DNA of 64,000 nucleotides, from contig SMSO01000014.1 of the NCBI GenBank assembly GCA_004764695.1, forward strand, positions 3,219,648 to 3,283,647, read 5' to 3'. A program made the translations under genes and the position numbers. Below the pieces are notes generated by a model. It saw nothing but the letters and a program-made list of their open reading frames with translations, did no database searches and had not been told where the DNA came from. Every line of letters begins with the position of its first letter. The stretch's first letter is position 1. Source of the DNA: Schizochytrium sp. TIO01 (taxonomy: Eukaryota; Protista; Bigyra: Labyrinthulomycetes). Positions 9,594-23,589 of the stretch are shown here, piece after piece.

Positions 9594-12548
9594 ATGGGTG
9601 CGGGGGCGTCAGCGGGACCTAATAGCCCTGACAATCTAACAGAGCCAGAATCGGTGCTTGCATTGACGCGTCTAGGAACTCGACAAGGGGATCATCATTG
9701 TGGCGACGGCTATTACATCGAGGCTCCAAAATGTATCGATGAAGGTTTGCATGTGGAGGTTTCAAAGTTCGATGCCGCTGTCGTTGCTTTACCACGGGGC
9801 GGCGTTCTTGTCAACTATGGCAAGGGCACAATTCAATTTGGCCTACCGCCAGAAACTATTAAAGACTCCCTGATGTGGGGCTTAAACGTACCGACGACAT
9901 TTGTTATTCTGGGAGAAGAAATGTTCGATCGGCAGCTAGGAATCAACATTGCCGAATTCGAATTTCCAGCATATTTTAACTTTTTTGTATTCAACAAACG
10001 AGTCACACTAATTACAACCCAAAACGTGGAGAACCGTGTCAGGAGAATATTTCAAGAGACACTGCTCGGGCCTAAGCCAAAGAGTTATGACCTAAGTCAA
10101 GATTTTGCAAGTGATTTACCAGGTGGAGATCTGAACAAGAATAATCAAGCTACCCATTGGCCAAATTTCACGTTAGAAGGTTTGGCACTTGACAAACAGA
10201 GAGAAACAATCACCGTGGATGCTCTTCTCAATTTTGAAAATATAGATAAACGGTACAGTGCTTTCAACGGAGGTGGGGGCACAGGGTTGCACGACACTGG
10301 AAGCGCCACGGGACTAGTAAAGACTGCTCGCATTCCTCGCTTGAACGATCTGGGGAAGGTGATGTTAGATGAAGAGAGCAACACCTATGTAAAGTATAAT
10401 CCAATGCTACGTAAGTATGTTGTGCGCGAAGGGAAGCGCACAATTGCACAAGTAGACCATAATTTCCTAAAGCCGAGAATCAAGGCACAACGAAGTATTC
10501 AGCACGAGCCGTTTGATGTTCCTCTCTTTGGAGTGACGATGCTTGGCGCATCCCATGGATTTGACCCCAAGGGCACAACTACTGGATTCGTAGTTTGGGT
10601 GAATCGTCGAGGCATTATGGTAGACCCCCCTCCGGATAGCGCAGAGGTACTACGGGATCTTGCAATTTCCTCTCGCTTGATTGATGGAATGATTTTAACC
10701 CACTGTCATGCAGATCATGACGCAGGAGCATTTCAAAAAATTCTACACGAAACATCGATCAAAATATACACGACACAGACAATCATGGACTCTTTCATTC
10801 GCAAATACTCTGCAATTTCCAATTTGGACGCAAACTTTTTGCGCGGCTTGTTTGTTTTTGAGCGCGTGAAGATAGGCGAAACCAAGATCATTCACAATGC
10901 AGAATGGAGTTTTCATTATAGTTTGCATGTAATCCCAACGATAGGTTTTGAGGTAAAGTTCATGGGGGAGGGTCTCGTGTACTCAGGGGATACTTGCACG
11001 AATTTTCGATTATTCGAAAAGATGCGCAAGGAGAAAAAAATCGGGATTGGCCGGTATGAGGATTTGGTTAAGCACTCACCTGTATCACGGCAACGGCCAG
11101 CACGCAAGCTAGCTGATGGAAGCGTGATTCCAGCATATAGACCGTTCATTTTACATGAGGCAGGAGTTCCACCAATTCATACCCCGTTGGAAACCTTGGC
11201 TAGACTATCTTCGGAAGTGAGAGATCGCCTCTTCGTGGTGCATGTTGATGAGAAGCAGTTGAATGAAGGAAAGTTTGCTAAAAAACTTCGAACAATCCCT
11301 CAATGGTCGACTTTGCGCATTGATGTAGCATCTTATGTACCAGAGTCAGATGAAACAACAAATTCACTGGCAGCTCTGTTAAGCACTGTTTCTTCTTTCC
11401 GAATGATACGAACAGCGGCAAATCTTAGTGCCTTACTAGAAATCTGTCGAGTTAATTTCTACAATAAAGGCACAGTCATATTGAAAACAGGCGAAACGTG
11501 GAACCGTGCGTATATTGTGCGTGCTGGTGTGGCATTAGAGCTTGCATCCCATGATGGAAGGTCTGTATCAATGGCAGAGGCTTCTGTTACACGCACTTCG
11601 ATGGAAACTGGAAACTATGATTCACGGAGGAAGATGATAGAATCATCCTCCAAGAAAATAGGTTTGGCTGGTGACAAAATCATAGAAGAAGTTAACGCGG
11701 AAGATGGGGATGAGGAACCAAACACCACTTTGGAGACGGGATCGATGAAGCGTCAAGACAGCAGCATTGCACGCAACAATGATACTCGAAGTGTCAGCGA
11801 TTCCAACGTAGGCAATTTGGTTCCCTCGAATGGGAGGTCTCACGATGCGCATCGTGCTGCTACACACAAACCTACAAAGTATATTGTTGGCGATATGTTT
11901 GGTGAACAAAGCGTGCTTGTCGAAAAGAAGCAGGATGGAGACAATTTGAAGCGATTCGACATGATGCGAAAAGTGCAACACGATATAGTAGCTTTAACTG
12001 ATTTATATACTGTAGAGCTGCCTCGTGAGGAACTCTTGCCTTTTTTTGAGACATCAGAAATCGGACAAACAATTCTCGAAAGCCTAAACACAGTTGCACG
12101 TTTCCGGGCTATGGAAACATGGGCGCTTCTGCGCCTAAACAATACATTGGAGAAATCCTTGAACCGTGTGCAACAGCAGGAGTTTCAAAAGCTTCTCTCA
12201 GCTCCGAGAAAATTATCTCGTTATGAGGTCATATTCTCTGGTGGGATTCGTCAGGAGTTCATGTATCTGGTCTCATCAGGTATTATTAACCTATTTTGTA
12301 AAATTGACTCTGAGAATGTTGAATCAGGTCTTAACACGAGCCGTGAGGAAGTAGATAACATGGATTTTCATCCCGGCGCATTGATTGGTGATGTGAATCG
12401 TCTCACTGAGAACTCCGTTGCACATCATGTCTTAACAGCAAAGACAACTGCTATTGTATATGAGATTCCACGTATGTCCATGGTTAATTTTTTAAATCGC
12501 TTCCCAGGCGTCAAGCTTCAATGCATCGATCGTAAGTACATTGTGTGA
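9594..12548 (+). CDS. Metallo-beta-lactamase-fold cyclic-nucleotide phosphodiesterase with two cNMP-binding domains (Dictyostelium PdeD/PdeE-like architecture)
   Basis: THCHADHD metal-binding motif, LHVIPT, YSGDT, HEAGVPPIHT and VVH. Two CNB-like segments (AYIVRAG...GDMFGEQS; MYLVSSG...GALIGD). N-terminus MGAGAS fits the myristoylation consensus from ATG 9594. Confidence 0.85.
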   Translation: MGAGASAGPNSPDNLTEPESVLALTRLGTRQGDHHCGDGYYIEAPKCIDEGLHVEVSKFDAAVVALPRGGVLVNYGKGTIQFGLPPETIKDSLMWGLNVPTTFVILGEEMFDRQLGINIAEFEFPAYFNFFVFNKRVTLITTQNVENRVRRIFQETLLGPKPKSYDLSQDFASDLPGGDLNKNNQATHWPNFTLEGLALDKQRETITVDALLNFENIDKRYSAFNGGGGTGLHDTGSATGLVKTARIPRLNDLGKVMLDEESNTYVKYNPMLRKYVVREGKRTIAQVDHNFLKPRIKAQRSIQHEPFDVPLFGVTMLGASHGFDPKGTTTGFVVWVNRRGIMVDPPPDSAEVLRDLAISSRLIDGMILTHCHADHDAGAFQKILHETSIKIYTTQTIMDSFIRKYSAISNLDANFLRGLFVFERVKIGETKIIHNAEWSFHYSLHVIPTIGFEVKFMGEGLVYSGDTCTNFRLFEKMRKEKKIGIGRYEDLVKHSPVSRQRPARKLADGSVIPAYRPFILHEAGVPPIHTPLETLARLSSEVRDRLFVVHVDEKQLNEGKFAKKLRTIPQWSTLRIDVASYVPESDETTNSLAALLSTVSSFRMIRTAANLSALLEICRVNFYNKGTVILKTGETWNRAYIVRAGVALELASHDGRSVSMAEASVTRTSMETGNYDSRRKMIESSSKKIGLAGDKIIEEVNAEDGDEEPNTTLETGSMKRQDSSIARNNDTRSVSDSNVGNLVPSNGRSHDAHRAATHKPTKYIVGDMFGEQSVLVEKKQDGDNLKRFDMMRKVQHDIVALTDLYTVELPREELLPFFETSEIGQTILESLNTVARFRAMETWALLRLNNTLEKSLNRVQQQEFQKLLSAPRKLSRYEVIFSGGIRQEFMYLVSSGIINLFCKIDSENVESGLNTSREEVDNMDFHPGALIGDVNRLTENSVAHHVLTAKTTAIVYEIPRMSMVNFLNRFPGVKLQCIDRKYIV

Positions 12549-15500
12549 AATCCTGCCGCTAGAAGAACTATTGCAATAATCATATGTTTAAAGCTACGTG
12601 AATCAACACGAAAGGTTTCACATTTTGTTGTCAGTCTCAAGATTTAGTAACATAAATTGTTTACCCATGCTCATCATCTTGAATTATATGCATGCCCTAA
12701 ACACAACATTATAGCACATTTTCGAATTCGTAGTATAAGAGTGAAGTATCTCATAGTAAAGCTTCAAAGAATTGACAAACAGGCATGGTCTACTATGGGG
12801 TATTCGGCTGACTGTGGTTGATTGGAGCCAACCCAACCCACTTACTTCAATGAAGAAAATAAAATGATAACTCTTTATTTTTGAGCATCAAGGAAATCAT
12901 CTGATAATGATCACAATAAGTCTAAAACATTAAAATTTAGAAAAGGTCCCAAACCACGCATATATATTTGTTGGGGACTGCCTTTAGAACCTACCCACTA
13001 ATACCATTACTATGGGTCCAAAGCTTCAGTCCTTTCATCAAACCTCTGTATAGTTTGCAAAGAACCATAAAGAAAGCAAGAGTTTAGCGATAAGCTAGGC
13101 ATAGTTTCTCATGGTAAAACTAATGGCAAATGAACGATTGCTATCCGAGATACCATTCTGCTAGGGAGAAATAGATCAAAGATCCGCGCAAATGACTTCA
13201 AGCATTAAAAGAGCGCAACGCATAAAAGCTCAGCGTTAAAGAGCGTAGTTCTGCCTTGGTCAAGATGTTGATGTTTGGTTTAAAGCTTTTAACACTTTCC
13301 GCAGTGTGCTAACACTTACTATTTGCTTATATTAGAAAAACACCGAAGGTCTGTTCGCGTGAAAAAATCAAGTGTTCAGCCGCAATCACTAACACATGTT
13401 TTAGAGAAAGGGATATTGCAGACAGCCGCGTTCGAACAAAGTGATTGCAGAGAGGAAGTTTCTTTGCGTCCCCAAACGCAGATATTCTCCGACTACAAAG
13501 TATAGAAAGTTCGTTTGTCAGGCCATGAAGTGCTTCTATTAGAGTTAGAGCAGAAGAGGTATTGCAGAAGACCTGGTCTCTCCGCAAATACAGCAACTCT
13601 CTCGATGGCGGTTCTAATTGAGCGTTTGCACGAGGCTCCTCCTCCTTGAGCTGATCGTGCTAAATTGTCTATCAAAGCATTTTTCGTAGTACAAGTGGTA
13701 TCACCTTTGTCGCCTCGAAAGCTAGCAAGTGCTTCAGATTAACATATTTGACTGTGTCGTTTCTCCTCTACCACCTCCCACGCGTCGGCAAGGACTGAAG
13801 TCAACTCTTTTCTATTCCTATTCTTCAAGTTCAACTTGGTCTAGAGTCTCCCTAGCCTCAGCCCAATCTTGCTTCATTAAGTTTCACTACTACTATAACC
13901 AACTCACTCATGCAATCATCTGCCCCCGTGCAGTGAGAAGGTGTCCTTGCCTCGCTTCTTTATAGTGAATGAATGGTATATCGATCTCGAGACACCGCCA
14001 TGTTCCTCGCTTTCACGAACCTGACTACGGGGTTCTTATGCTGCCCATAAGGGGAGACAAGCAGAGCACGAACTCGAAAAGAAAACTCTGTATCTCTTTA
14101 ACACACACTCCCCCTAGTACTCTAATTAATTTCTATTGAGTGTTGATGTCTTCTTGTGTCTTCTTAGTACTTGCTACAGCAGTACTATCGGGTTCACTTC
14201 TTCACTTTTTCGTTCTCTCCTGTTGGCGAATAGCGGGAAAGACACTCTGACAGTGATGGGAAGATGAGGGTCTTTTCAGTTCTGCTTTGCGGCACTTACG
14301 TGGAGAGTTTAGCTCTTACTAGGTCAGATGTGATAACTCATCGGAACAGCCTCGCTACAGTGTCAGCGGGCTCATCCCCATAGTAAGGCCCTCATTTGAT
14401 GCATGGGCTATCAACTGGGCAAGTTCTTTATTTGTTTGCGTTAGCATCTACTTTGATAAGGTGTGACTGACTAGTACAAGGTTCAAGTTGAAGACTTGGC
14501 AAGGATTGCCAGCTAGGCGGTTGCCGTTCAGGTTGTGGTAACCTAGCTAGGAACCTACATTCTTTTAACTCTAAAGCTAGATGCTAAATTGATGATGATG
14601 GCGTCTTACGATACTCGGTGTAGGATGAGCGGCGGGGAGCCTCGCCGTGAATTCGAAGAGACTCAGTATAGCGAAGCTCCGAAGAAGTATTTGAAGTACT
14701 GTGAGTAGCACCGGTATGCCTTAAAAAGTCCTTCGCGATTCATGAGCTCTGCCTCATCAACCGCTGCAGTTTGCACGCAAACGAAGTGCCGCAGTGGCAC
14801 TTGAAAACCTCAACGCCTGTCTTTTGCAGAAGATTGTCCTGCCTTTCAAAGTTCTTATTTATCGATATTAATGTTATAATTACACTTAATTATTAAAAAA
14901 ATAAAAATAAAAAAAATAATAACAATTATTAACGCTTTAGTAATAAGAATAAAACATAAAATTACCAAGGTTGTTGAAAACCAAAAATAAACAGGAAATG
15001 GCTCAGTTCAGGAAAAACACACCACCACGATTGCTGCCGCGAGAGTACTTCTACAATCGTCGCAATTCACATCAAAGATAGTGTGGTCACACGACTGCCC
15101 TTTCTTATCTCTACTGCTCTGCTGTTTCGTAAAGCTGGCTGATTTTTTGCGCTCGAAGCTTCGCAGCGCTTCAAGAATGTTGATTTCCAATCACGATGGT
15201 GGTGCCAAGGGTGCTACAACCTGACTCAGTGGGATGAGGTGGTCGTGATGGTAGGCTTTGGCAGCCGCGGCGGTGCCAATTTGCTTTGCTAGTTGGAACG
15301 AGGCAGAGTCCGGCCCAGGCATGGGAGCGTGCAACGCTTTGTTGCTGACTAGGCATGCTCATTTCAGTATCAGCCATCCATTGGCGTCCATTTGATTTGA
15401 TTTGATTTGATTTATTTATTTATTTATTTTAGAATCAAACAAACCGATGGCCCTCCTGGCCTTTCATCGCGGCCATCATGGACAACCTTCACCTTGGCAA

Positions 15501-17613
15501 GCAACTGTGTGCGGGCAGGCACAGCGGTCTCGCCAAGTTTTAAGTTTTTCAATCTACAGCTTTTCAGAAAAGCCACCTCTTCTCGTGCCAGCGAGCGTAC
15601 TTCGAGCTTTCACCAAGTACCTAGGTGGGCACATCGGTTCCTAAGTTATCTCTCATGAATCACCGCCATCTTCACGATGCCTGCCTGCCTGCCTGCCTGT
15701 CCAAGTTGAAGGATATGCTTCCTCAGCCCGTCGTTTCAGGCTGGCCGCTCTGCTACCGTTTCCCCTAGCTGCGCCCCAGTCCCGCTGCTCCTACTAGGGG
15801 TAGGTTTTCGCTATTCGTGGCGAGGAGGAGCTGTGTTTGTGAATCTTCAGCGCTGCCTCAAAGAATGAATGAATCATGAGTAACCGCAGCCAACAAAGAA
15901 GAAGGTACATTGAGTTGCTAGCGCTATGAGTCGGCTAGGCGGCAGCTAGGCAGGGCGCTCCTCGCAGCTCTTGGCTACCTACTCCTAGCTTAGCAGGGCC
16001 TACTGCGGGTAGCTACGGTGCCGGGAGCCGCCCCAAGCCAAGCATAGGACAATTTTCCGGCAAGCAAGCACAAGCTGCGATAGTTCTGCTGGCAACGCCG
16101 CCGGGGGTGTTCTTCGCGTGGCACTCTCGAGGCGTGCGTGCGTTGGCGCTGAGACTGGGCGGCGTCTTCCTTCTTCTTCGCCGTGGTGTCCTTGCGCTGA
16201 CCGTGACTTTTCACGGTCAGCCCTCGCGAAGGAAACAGCAAACTTGGCTGGCTGGCCCTCAAGTTTGCGATACCGACCGGGTTCTTTCACAGGAGCAGCG
16301 GACCTAGGCTCTGCTTAGGCGTTACGGTAGCGGCGCGCCGGCACAGTTCGCCTTGGTGCTGCTAGTGCTATGCGGAGCGTCAAGATTTCAAAGTCTCTGC
16401 TTGGCTTTTGCAATCATGAGGAAGGAACCTACTGCTTCCATCGTGCAGGAACGGAAAGCACATCTGAATGCGAAATCATACTCGGGATGCTTGCTTGCTG
16501 CAGGCCGTCTATGTCTGGTTTGCCTGCCTGCCTGCCCTCCCCTTGAAATCGTAAGTTATCGTAACAGATGCGTCCTGGTGAGGCAATCATAATGCACCTC
16601 GTTTATCGCCAGCCTTCAATTATGTTACTAAGATCTTGATTGATTGATTGATTGATTGATTGACCTATCTTTCACTCAACCAGCAACTCCAACCTCTTCA
16701 TAGGAGACATGTGTATCACACTCACTACCTGCTGTCATTGCCCTTCTGATTTTCTGATCGAAAGAAAGGAATACATTGTATTGGTATGAAGGGCATTCTT
16801 CTTCTTTTTCCGGTTCAACAAAAAAGCAAAACACCAATCTAGAATCTTTCTTTTACTTTTTTCTTTTACTTTTTTCTTTTATTTTTAAATATTAACAAAA
16901 TGAATAAAAATAAAATGAATAAATAATATTTTCATAAAGAGAGGGACACTAAAACTTTATATATATAAAAAAGAGTAAATAAATAAAATATAACATAATG
17001 TTAAATTGAAGTACAAAAAATAAAATAAACTAAAACTAAAAATAAAATCTCACGGAAAGAGAAAAGAGTGGTCGCTCAATTGCATAGGCACGCGATACAT
17101 AGCGAGCCGGCCAGCGCTCGCTCGTTCGCTCGCTCGCTTATTTGCTTGGAGTTACACATCTGCAATGATACTGCTGTTTTGGACAGTTGGACTCGCTGTT
17201 TGTCCGCTCACGAGCATACTCAGCGCTCCATCCTCTCGCACGTTCGTTCGTTCGTTCGTTCGTTCGTCAACAGAGCGGGGCTCGACTGTCTGCGGTACGT
17301 TGGTCCTCCCTCCGCAGAGCGAGTGCGAGTTTCGAGCTTGACGGCGAATTCGATCTCCTTCAGCAGTCTCCCAGCAGCAAGCAGGCAGGTTCTTCTCCCT
17401 CCCAATCTTCTTCGAGCTTGATGATGGATGCTCTCGCGAAAGAGCTCTTGGCATCACGACCATCGCGTTGCGCTGCGAACCTCGACTCGACTCGACCCGA
17501 CTCGACTCACCCACGCACGAGTGCCGAAGCTCTAAGAATTCGCGCGGTGCTTCCCTGTTATCCATCCACCAAAGCTGTTATTGGATATAACAGCGTGGCA
17601 TTTCGGCGATCAC

Positions 17614-17976
17614 ATTGATTGATTGATTGATTGATTGATTGATCGATTCGGCGATCACATTGATTGATTGATCGATTGATTGATCGATTGATTGATCGAT
17701 TGATTGATCGATTGATTGAGATTGATTGATTGAGATTGATTGATTGATCGATTGATTGAGATTGATTGATTGATCGATTGATTGAGATTGATTGATTGAT
17801 TGATTGATTGATCGATCGATTGATTGATTGATTGATTGATCGATTGATTGAGATTGATTGATTGATCGATTGATTGAGATTGAGATTGATTGATTGATTG
17901 ATCGATCGATCGATCGATTGATTGATCGATTGATTGAGATTGATTGATTGATCAATTTATTGAGATTGATTGATTG
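17614..17976. repeat. Compound (GATT/GATC/GAGATT)n microsatellite, ~360 bp
   Basis: Directly visible. It also includes a duplicated TTCGGCGATCACATTGATTG unit at ~17602 and ~17647. Confidence 0.97.
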
Positions 17977-18233
17977 CTTCATTCGTCGCTCTAAATGCGC
18001 TCGCTCACCGGGCTCCTCAAGAACTGCCGGCTCGAGCTGGCGCCGACTTGTCAGTCTGTCGCCTGCTCGCAGGCGAGGGTGTAGGAGGAGAGCGTGCCGC
18101 TCCAATTGGCTCCCTGCTGCCGCCTCCCACGCCGCGAGCTTACAGCTTAGGTCTTGCTTGAACTCGCTCGCTCGATCGTTCGCTGCCAGAAATGCGAACT
18201 TGAAACTTGAAGTTGAAGAGGTAAGAGATTCAT

Positions 18234-18268
<35 letters not shown>

Positions 18269-21200
18269 CTAAGGCTGTCGCTTATTACGTGCATCTTACA
18301 AGCACGCAGTAAATGTGGCAGAACGAAGGCAAACAACGACTCCTCGCTGTCAGTCAGGAGATTGTGGCGTTTACCACTCACTCACTCACTCACTCACTCA
18401 CTACCCGTTCCAGCGCCTAAATCCAAGTGCCGCTCCGCTGCTGGAGAAATAAACAAAATAAACTGGTCTGTCTTTCCAGGACACGACGGCAACTTGATGA
18501 AGACTGTAAGTCCAAGCGAAGAAATCAACCCTCGAAAGTCAAAATGCCATTGTGAAGTCTTGCCGAGCACCACCGTTCCATTTCCTCTTTATCTACCTAC
18601 CTCAAGTCGTTGGGTTTTCAAGATTTGCAGGTGAAAAAACATTAAAATAAAATTTTAAAATAATACATTGATACATATATTAATCCTTATATATTTTAAA
18701 AAAGAAGGAATGAATAAAAAGAATGAAGAGTATTCTAAAAAAGTTAAAATTGTTTTTATTTTGAACATTGTTTTTAATTTAAAAAGAAGTAAAATGGATG
18801 CTCTTCTGGTTCCTTCTTATAGCATTTAGTGAGCGCCTTGTGCAAGTTTAATAAATAAAAAACGTTTTTGAAAGCAACTTATTATTATAAATTTCTGTTT
18901 CTTGATTACACAATAGTGAAGACATGTCTTGTCTCCTCTGCGCGATTACTGCAGTCAGTTGGCACATGACGCCAACTAGAAAAAGAGGTTTGCGCGAAAG
19001 AAAAGGCGTCGCACATCAAGCACGACTGCAGCAGTAAGCATGGCGCTAACACCCATATACCCCTTACACTAAGAGAGAAAAGAAGTCTGCGTGGGGGCCG
19101 TTGGAAGTACGCAAGTTGACACTTTGCTTTGTTTTCCTTCACGCGTAACCACCATGAGCTCGTACTGTGGCGCACACTATGGATAACACGAAGGAACGGA
19201 TAGCTAGCTAGCTTCTCGCTGCTTCTTTTTCTCACTTGCCGCTGGCCTTGTGTTGGAAGGGAGAGAACCACAAAGGAGTTTGAAGGCTGATTTCTGAGGG
19301 GTTTTAGGAAAAGGGCGCCCAACTTTGAATGAACTTCGGACAGAGCTCGTCTTGCTTGGCCTCTTCTGGCTCGCTCGAGACCTCGATTTGCATGCTTTGA
19401 TTGACTGATTGATTGATTGATTAATTAATTCGCCGGAAGCAAAGCTTGCATTTGCCAGAAAGACCGGCAAGAAGGTAGCAGCAGCCAGCTGGTTCTCAAG
19501 ACACGAGGTGCTCTAGTTGGCTAAATTCACTACAAGGAAGCCTATAGTCGTATTGGCAAGGACCTGGCGAGAGAACCGTGGCAAACCAGCCAGCATAGCG
19601 AGCGAGCGAGCGAGCTAGCGCACTCCAACTCGCCGCTGCCACAGCCGCTGCCGTCTTGAGGCCCTCGAGCTTCACCGTTCGGCCCCGCGATAATCCAGCC
19701 AGCCATGGAAGGAAGGAAGAAGCCCTGAGGAAATAGGTTCGCGAGTTATCGTTTGCTTGCTTGCTTGCTTGCAAAGATATCTTCAAGCTGCTCCCAGAGC
19801 TAGCTCGCTAGCTCTTCAGATTTCAAGCCCGATTTCAACTGCTGCTGAGCGGGAGCTGGCTGGCTGCTCGGAAAACGGCAACAGGACAGTCGTTTAGGAG
19901 GCAGCCAAGGCGATTGGAAACTCCATCTGGCAGCTTGCTTGCTTGCTTGCTAGCTTTGGCAGCGTCCAGTCATCGCCACGTCCTCCAATTCCTTCCTGGG
20001 CTGCCACCAGTTGTAATGTATGGAAACCCAAGATTCGTAGGAGGCCCAGCGAGAACTTCAAGAATGCAGCGAGCGCCCTTTCCTTTCTTCCCGGGTCGCT
20101 GCTGCATAAGAATGATTCATGCTGATCGTCTCAATGCCAGAGTCAGTCGAGCTGAAGTTGGGCGATATTGGTGGTTTTTAGGGAACCTGTGATCTCCAAA
20201 CAGCCCTCAAACGATAGAGATCACCGGGAGATGTTGAAGGTCTTCATATCAAGCCGCCAGCGCCTCTTCAAGGCCCGGCAGGAAGCCCGAGAGCACCATT
20301 CTTTTAGGTTTGATGCTGAAAGAAAGAAAGTCCCATTGAAAGGGTCCGGAGCACGAGTGGATTCGGCAGTTCTGACCTTGAGGTCCTGTGCATAGCGCAA
20401 TACAGAGAACCGCCCAATAACAGCAACGGTGAACGGAAAGTAGTAGGTAGTAAGTAGTAGGTATGCAGCAGGAGTTCGGATCAGGATTGGCTTCCTTCTG
20501 CCAACAACCGTGCTAGCGAATACTTCTCAACTCCAATCCAAGTCAGGAAACGGGGCTCTCTCTTGGTCCTCCATCGCTCCCTTTTACCAAAAGCTTACTT
20601 CGGTCGGGCAGCTCGTGCAGAATTAAGCTCGTACTTCTGATTCCAGGCACCCAACGGCCCAATTCCGCTCGATACCTCATCGTTATTGTCTACGACTTGC
20701 TGCTTCTGAGATCTTGGTTTGCAGAGCTCTGCGATCGTGCTCATAAGTGAATGAATAACTACATACATAACTGAGCGAATCAAAGCATAGTTTAGCCTTA
20801 TCTGTCATCGATGAAATGCTGCCATGTGGAGAACAGGCCGCTGTAATCTTGTGTTGGCAAATACGCGGAGACACAGAGAAGGCGCCTTGAAGCCAGTAGG
20901 GCGAAGAAGCGAAACGGATCAGCAAGCGTCCTCTCTGCTCCTTGTACACTGCTCATTCCACACTGCACTACGCGCACAGAGGGTGAGCACGATGGTTTCT
21001 GCATAACGACGACGATGAGGACGACGACGACGACGACGACGAGGAGGAGGAGGAGGAGGAAAAGATAGATCTCCGCCATTATCGTTATTTGGCCAAGACA
21101 GGCAACTTAAACCTTACGCACGATGGAGCCAGCTTCGCTTCGTGCAATGGATGGTGTGTTCCATGCAGTCATCCTTCAAGCCGCCTCCGATCTTGATTTC

Positions 21201-23589
21201 CAAACTCTGATCCTCAGGAGCATGATCGATCTCCGATCTTCTCCTTTCATTTTCATCAAAGCTGTTGCGACACCAATGCCTTCAAGAGCAGAGCGCAAGT
21301 GAGGTGGGCTGAGTCATTGATTCCTAACCACCACCGTGACATCGATTTTATGTCCGCTCAGCGCTTTCTCTGCCGGTCTTGCTTGCTCGCTAACTAGCTA
21401 ACTAACTAACTGCCTGCCTGTCTGGGAGCGCATCGTCATGATCACCAACCATAGCAGCCGCCTCCCACACAGCGGCATCCTCAAGACTGTTAGTTCTCAA
21501 AGGCCGCTTCGCTTCGAAACCAACACATTCATTCAATCACTCATTCAACCACCATTATCTGCCAACTCTTGGCACTTGGCACGCACACTGCGCGCGCCGA
21601 GGGAGATAATAGCGCACACGTATCCTATCTCTGCTGTAGCCAAGCTTAGCTCAGATGAGCATATTGGATGAATGAATAGGTACTCCAGACCTCGATTTGG
21701 GAACCGAAAGAGCGGGAAGAAAAGGCGGATTTTCCCAAAAATTTCACTTCATTTTTTTTTTAAATATAAATAAATAAATGAACATGTTAATTATTTTTAA
21801 TTACAAAGCCTTGGGTCAAGTTATCATTTTTCGTTATAGTACTATTAAGAGATTGCGTTAGTATAACCCAAACTTAAAGCTTTTGTTTCCCTTTTGTTTT
21901 GCCTTCTAAAAACTTTATTCAAAAATAAATAAATTTATTTCAAACGTTTTATTTCAACATGATAAAATGAATTAAAAAATGCACACGAGAAAGTGTATCA
22001 GAGCATGTTGTTAGTGATGTGACTACAGGTGGGATAGTTGCGTGAGAAAGAGATCAGCAGAGAGATAGGTATTTTAGCACACCTTTCTCGACTTCATTAC
22101 ACTTTAGTGCGGGCGGTTCTGTCCTCCTTCCTGAGCACGCGATCACAGCTCATTTGCTCATTTGAGATGACAACAGAGCCTTGCGAGCGAGCAAAGCTAA
22201 GAAAGCACACGGAGTTCGACGCCGTGGTGGACCCACTGGTGCGGATGCATTATACTTCGTGGTTCTCGATCAGTGCAGCATCAGGAAGGGACGTCGTGCT
22301 GATATGGTTTCCGCCCGCTCTCAGAAAGAGGCCGCCTCCATTTCTGATTAATGCCTATCTATGGGTTAGTATGGACGCTTTCATAAAGCGCTGAGGTACC
22401 TCTTTATTTACCTACCTATTAGCGATCAGCTTAGCAAAGATGCGGTTCCTCTCCAAAGGAACCAAAGGCGCCTTGTACTGGTACTCAGACAGCACACAGG
22501 GCTCAAGCTTTAATTTAAAGTCGAGTAGTCCAAGGTCAAAGTTGCAGACAGTGTAAGATGCTGCTACAAAATCAGACTGTTTGTTTGTTTCAAAATCGGG
22601 GTTTCGCTTTTCGGGGGAATGGATCGCGGCATCATTACGATTCGCTATTCGTGCCTAGCGTTCCTCAATGAACCTCTCTTCCCTGTGTGCGCAGTGTCGA
22701 ACTTTGAAGAACGATCATGGCAATTTCACTGCGCTGACTTTTGCTTAAATTGGCGCTCAAAAGCTACCATAAGGGCCAGCCAATGGATAAAACTCATGGG
22801 CTTTATGTTAGGCAATCGGTAGGTGCCAGCCTGCCTGAAGTTCTCTCTCGCTAGTAAAGCATCAGATTTTAATTGCATACAACATATGACGGCAGCGGTC
22901 CCGTGGAGACTTGTAAGAAGGAAGCTTTGGTGGATTCCGCCTCATAGGAGGTACTACAAAACTCGCTTGGGTGCGCGCACGCAGGCACCGTCCCTACAGG
23001 CGGCTTGACAAAGCAATGGCGATGGATACGGGCGAGAACGATGAAGGCTGATGTGAGCAGAGAGGCAGAGAACTGCTTGTGAACGAGGGTGACTTCAATT
23101 TCACTCAGCCACGGCGGCCGACCACACCGAAGCGTTGCCGTGATATTTCTTCGAGATTTTCTGGAGAAGCCGCATGAGTCGGAGCGGACAAAATGAGTTA
23201 TTCTCTTGCACGCAGATTGCAGTTTTTGAAGCTTCGTCTTCGCATCACGTTACTTGATATCATATTGAACAGAATTAGGAACCGAGCAAAACAAGGAAAT
23301 CTGTGTTCAATACATGAGAAAAGAGAGCACTCGTATTAGCAATGTTCGGTAGACGTTTACTATGGAAACCAAGAGTAAAAAAAAAAAGTCGTAGCTTGAG
23401 GAGTTCGGTTTCTCACTACAAGTTCAAACTGCGCTGATTGTGCAGTTGTAGTAATTTGAGTTTGTCCGGTCTTTTCTCAATTTTATAAACGTTCACTTTT
23501 GAGTTGTGAAGAAAGGACAAGCGATTCAACACGACAACGGAACGGGTTCGATCAATCGAGTTGAGGTCTTCAACGTTTTCGTAGTACCT

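Noticed and set aside
17578-18381. 267-aa ORF and other ORFs across 15-28.9 kb
   Set aside because: They are translations of microsatellites (SINQ, LTYL, FTLLY, ASKQ repeats) with no domain signal.
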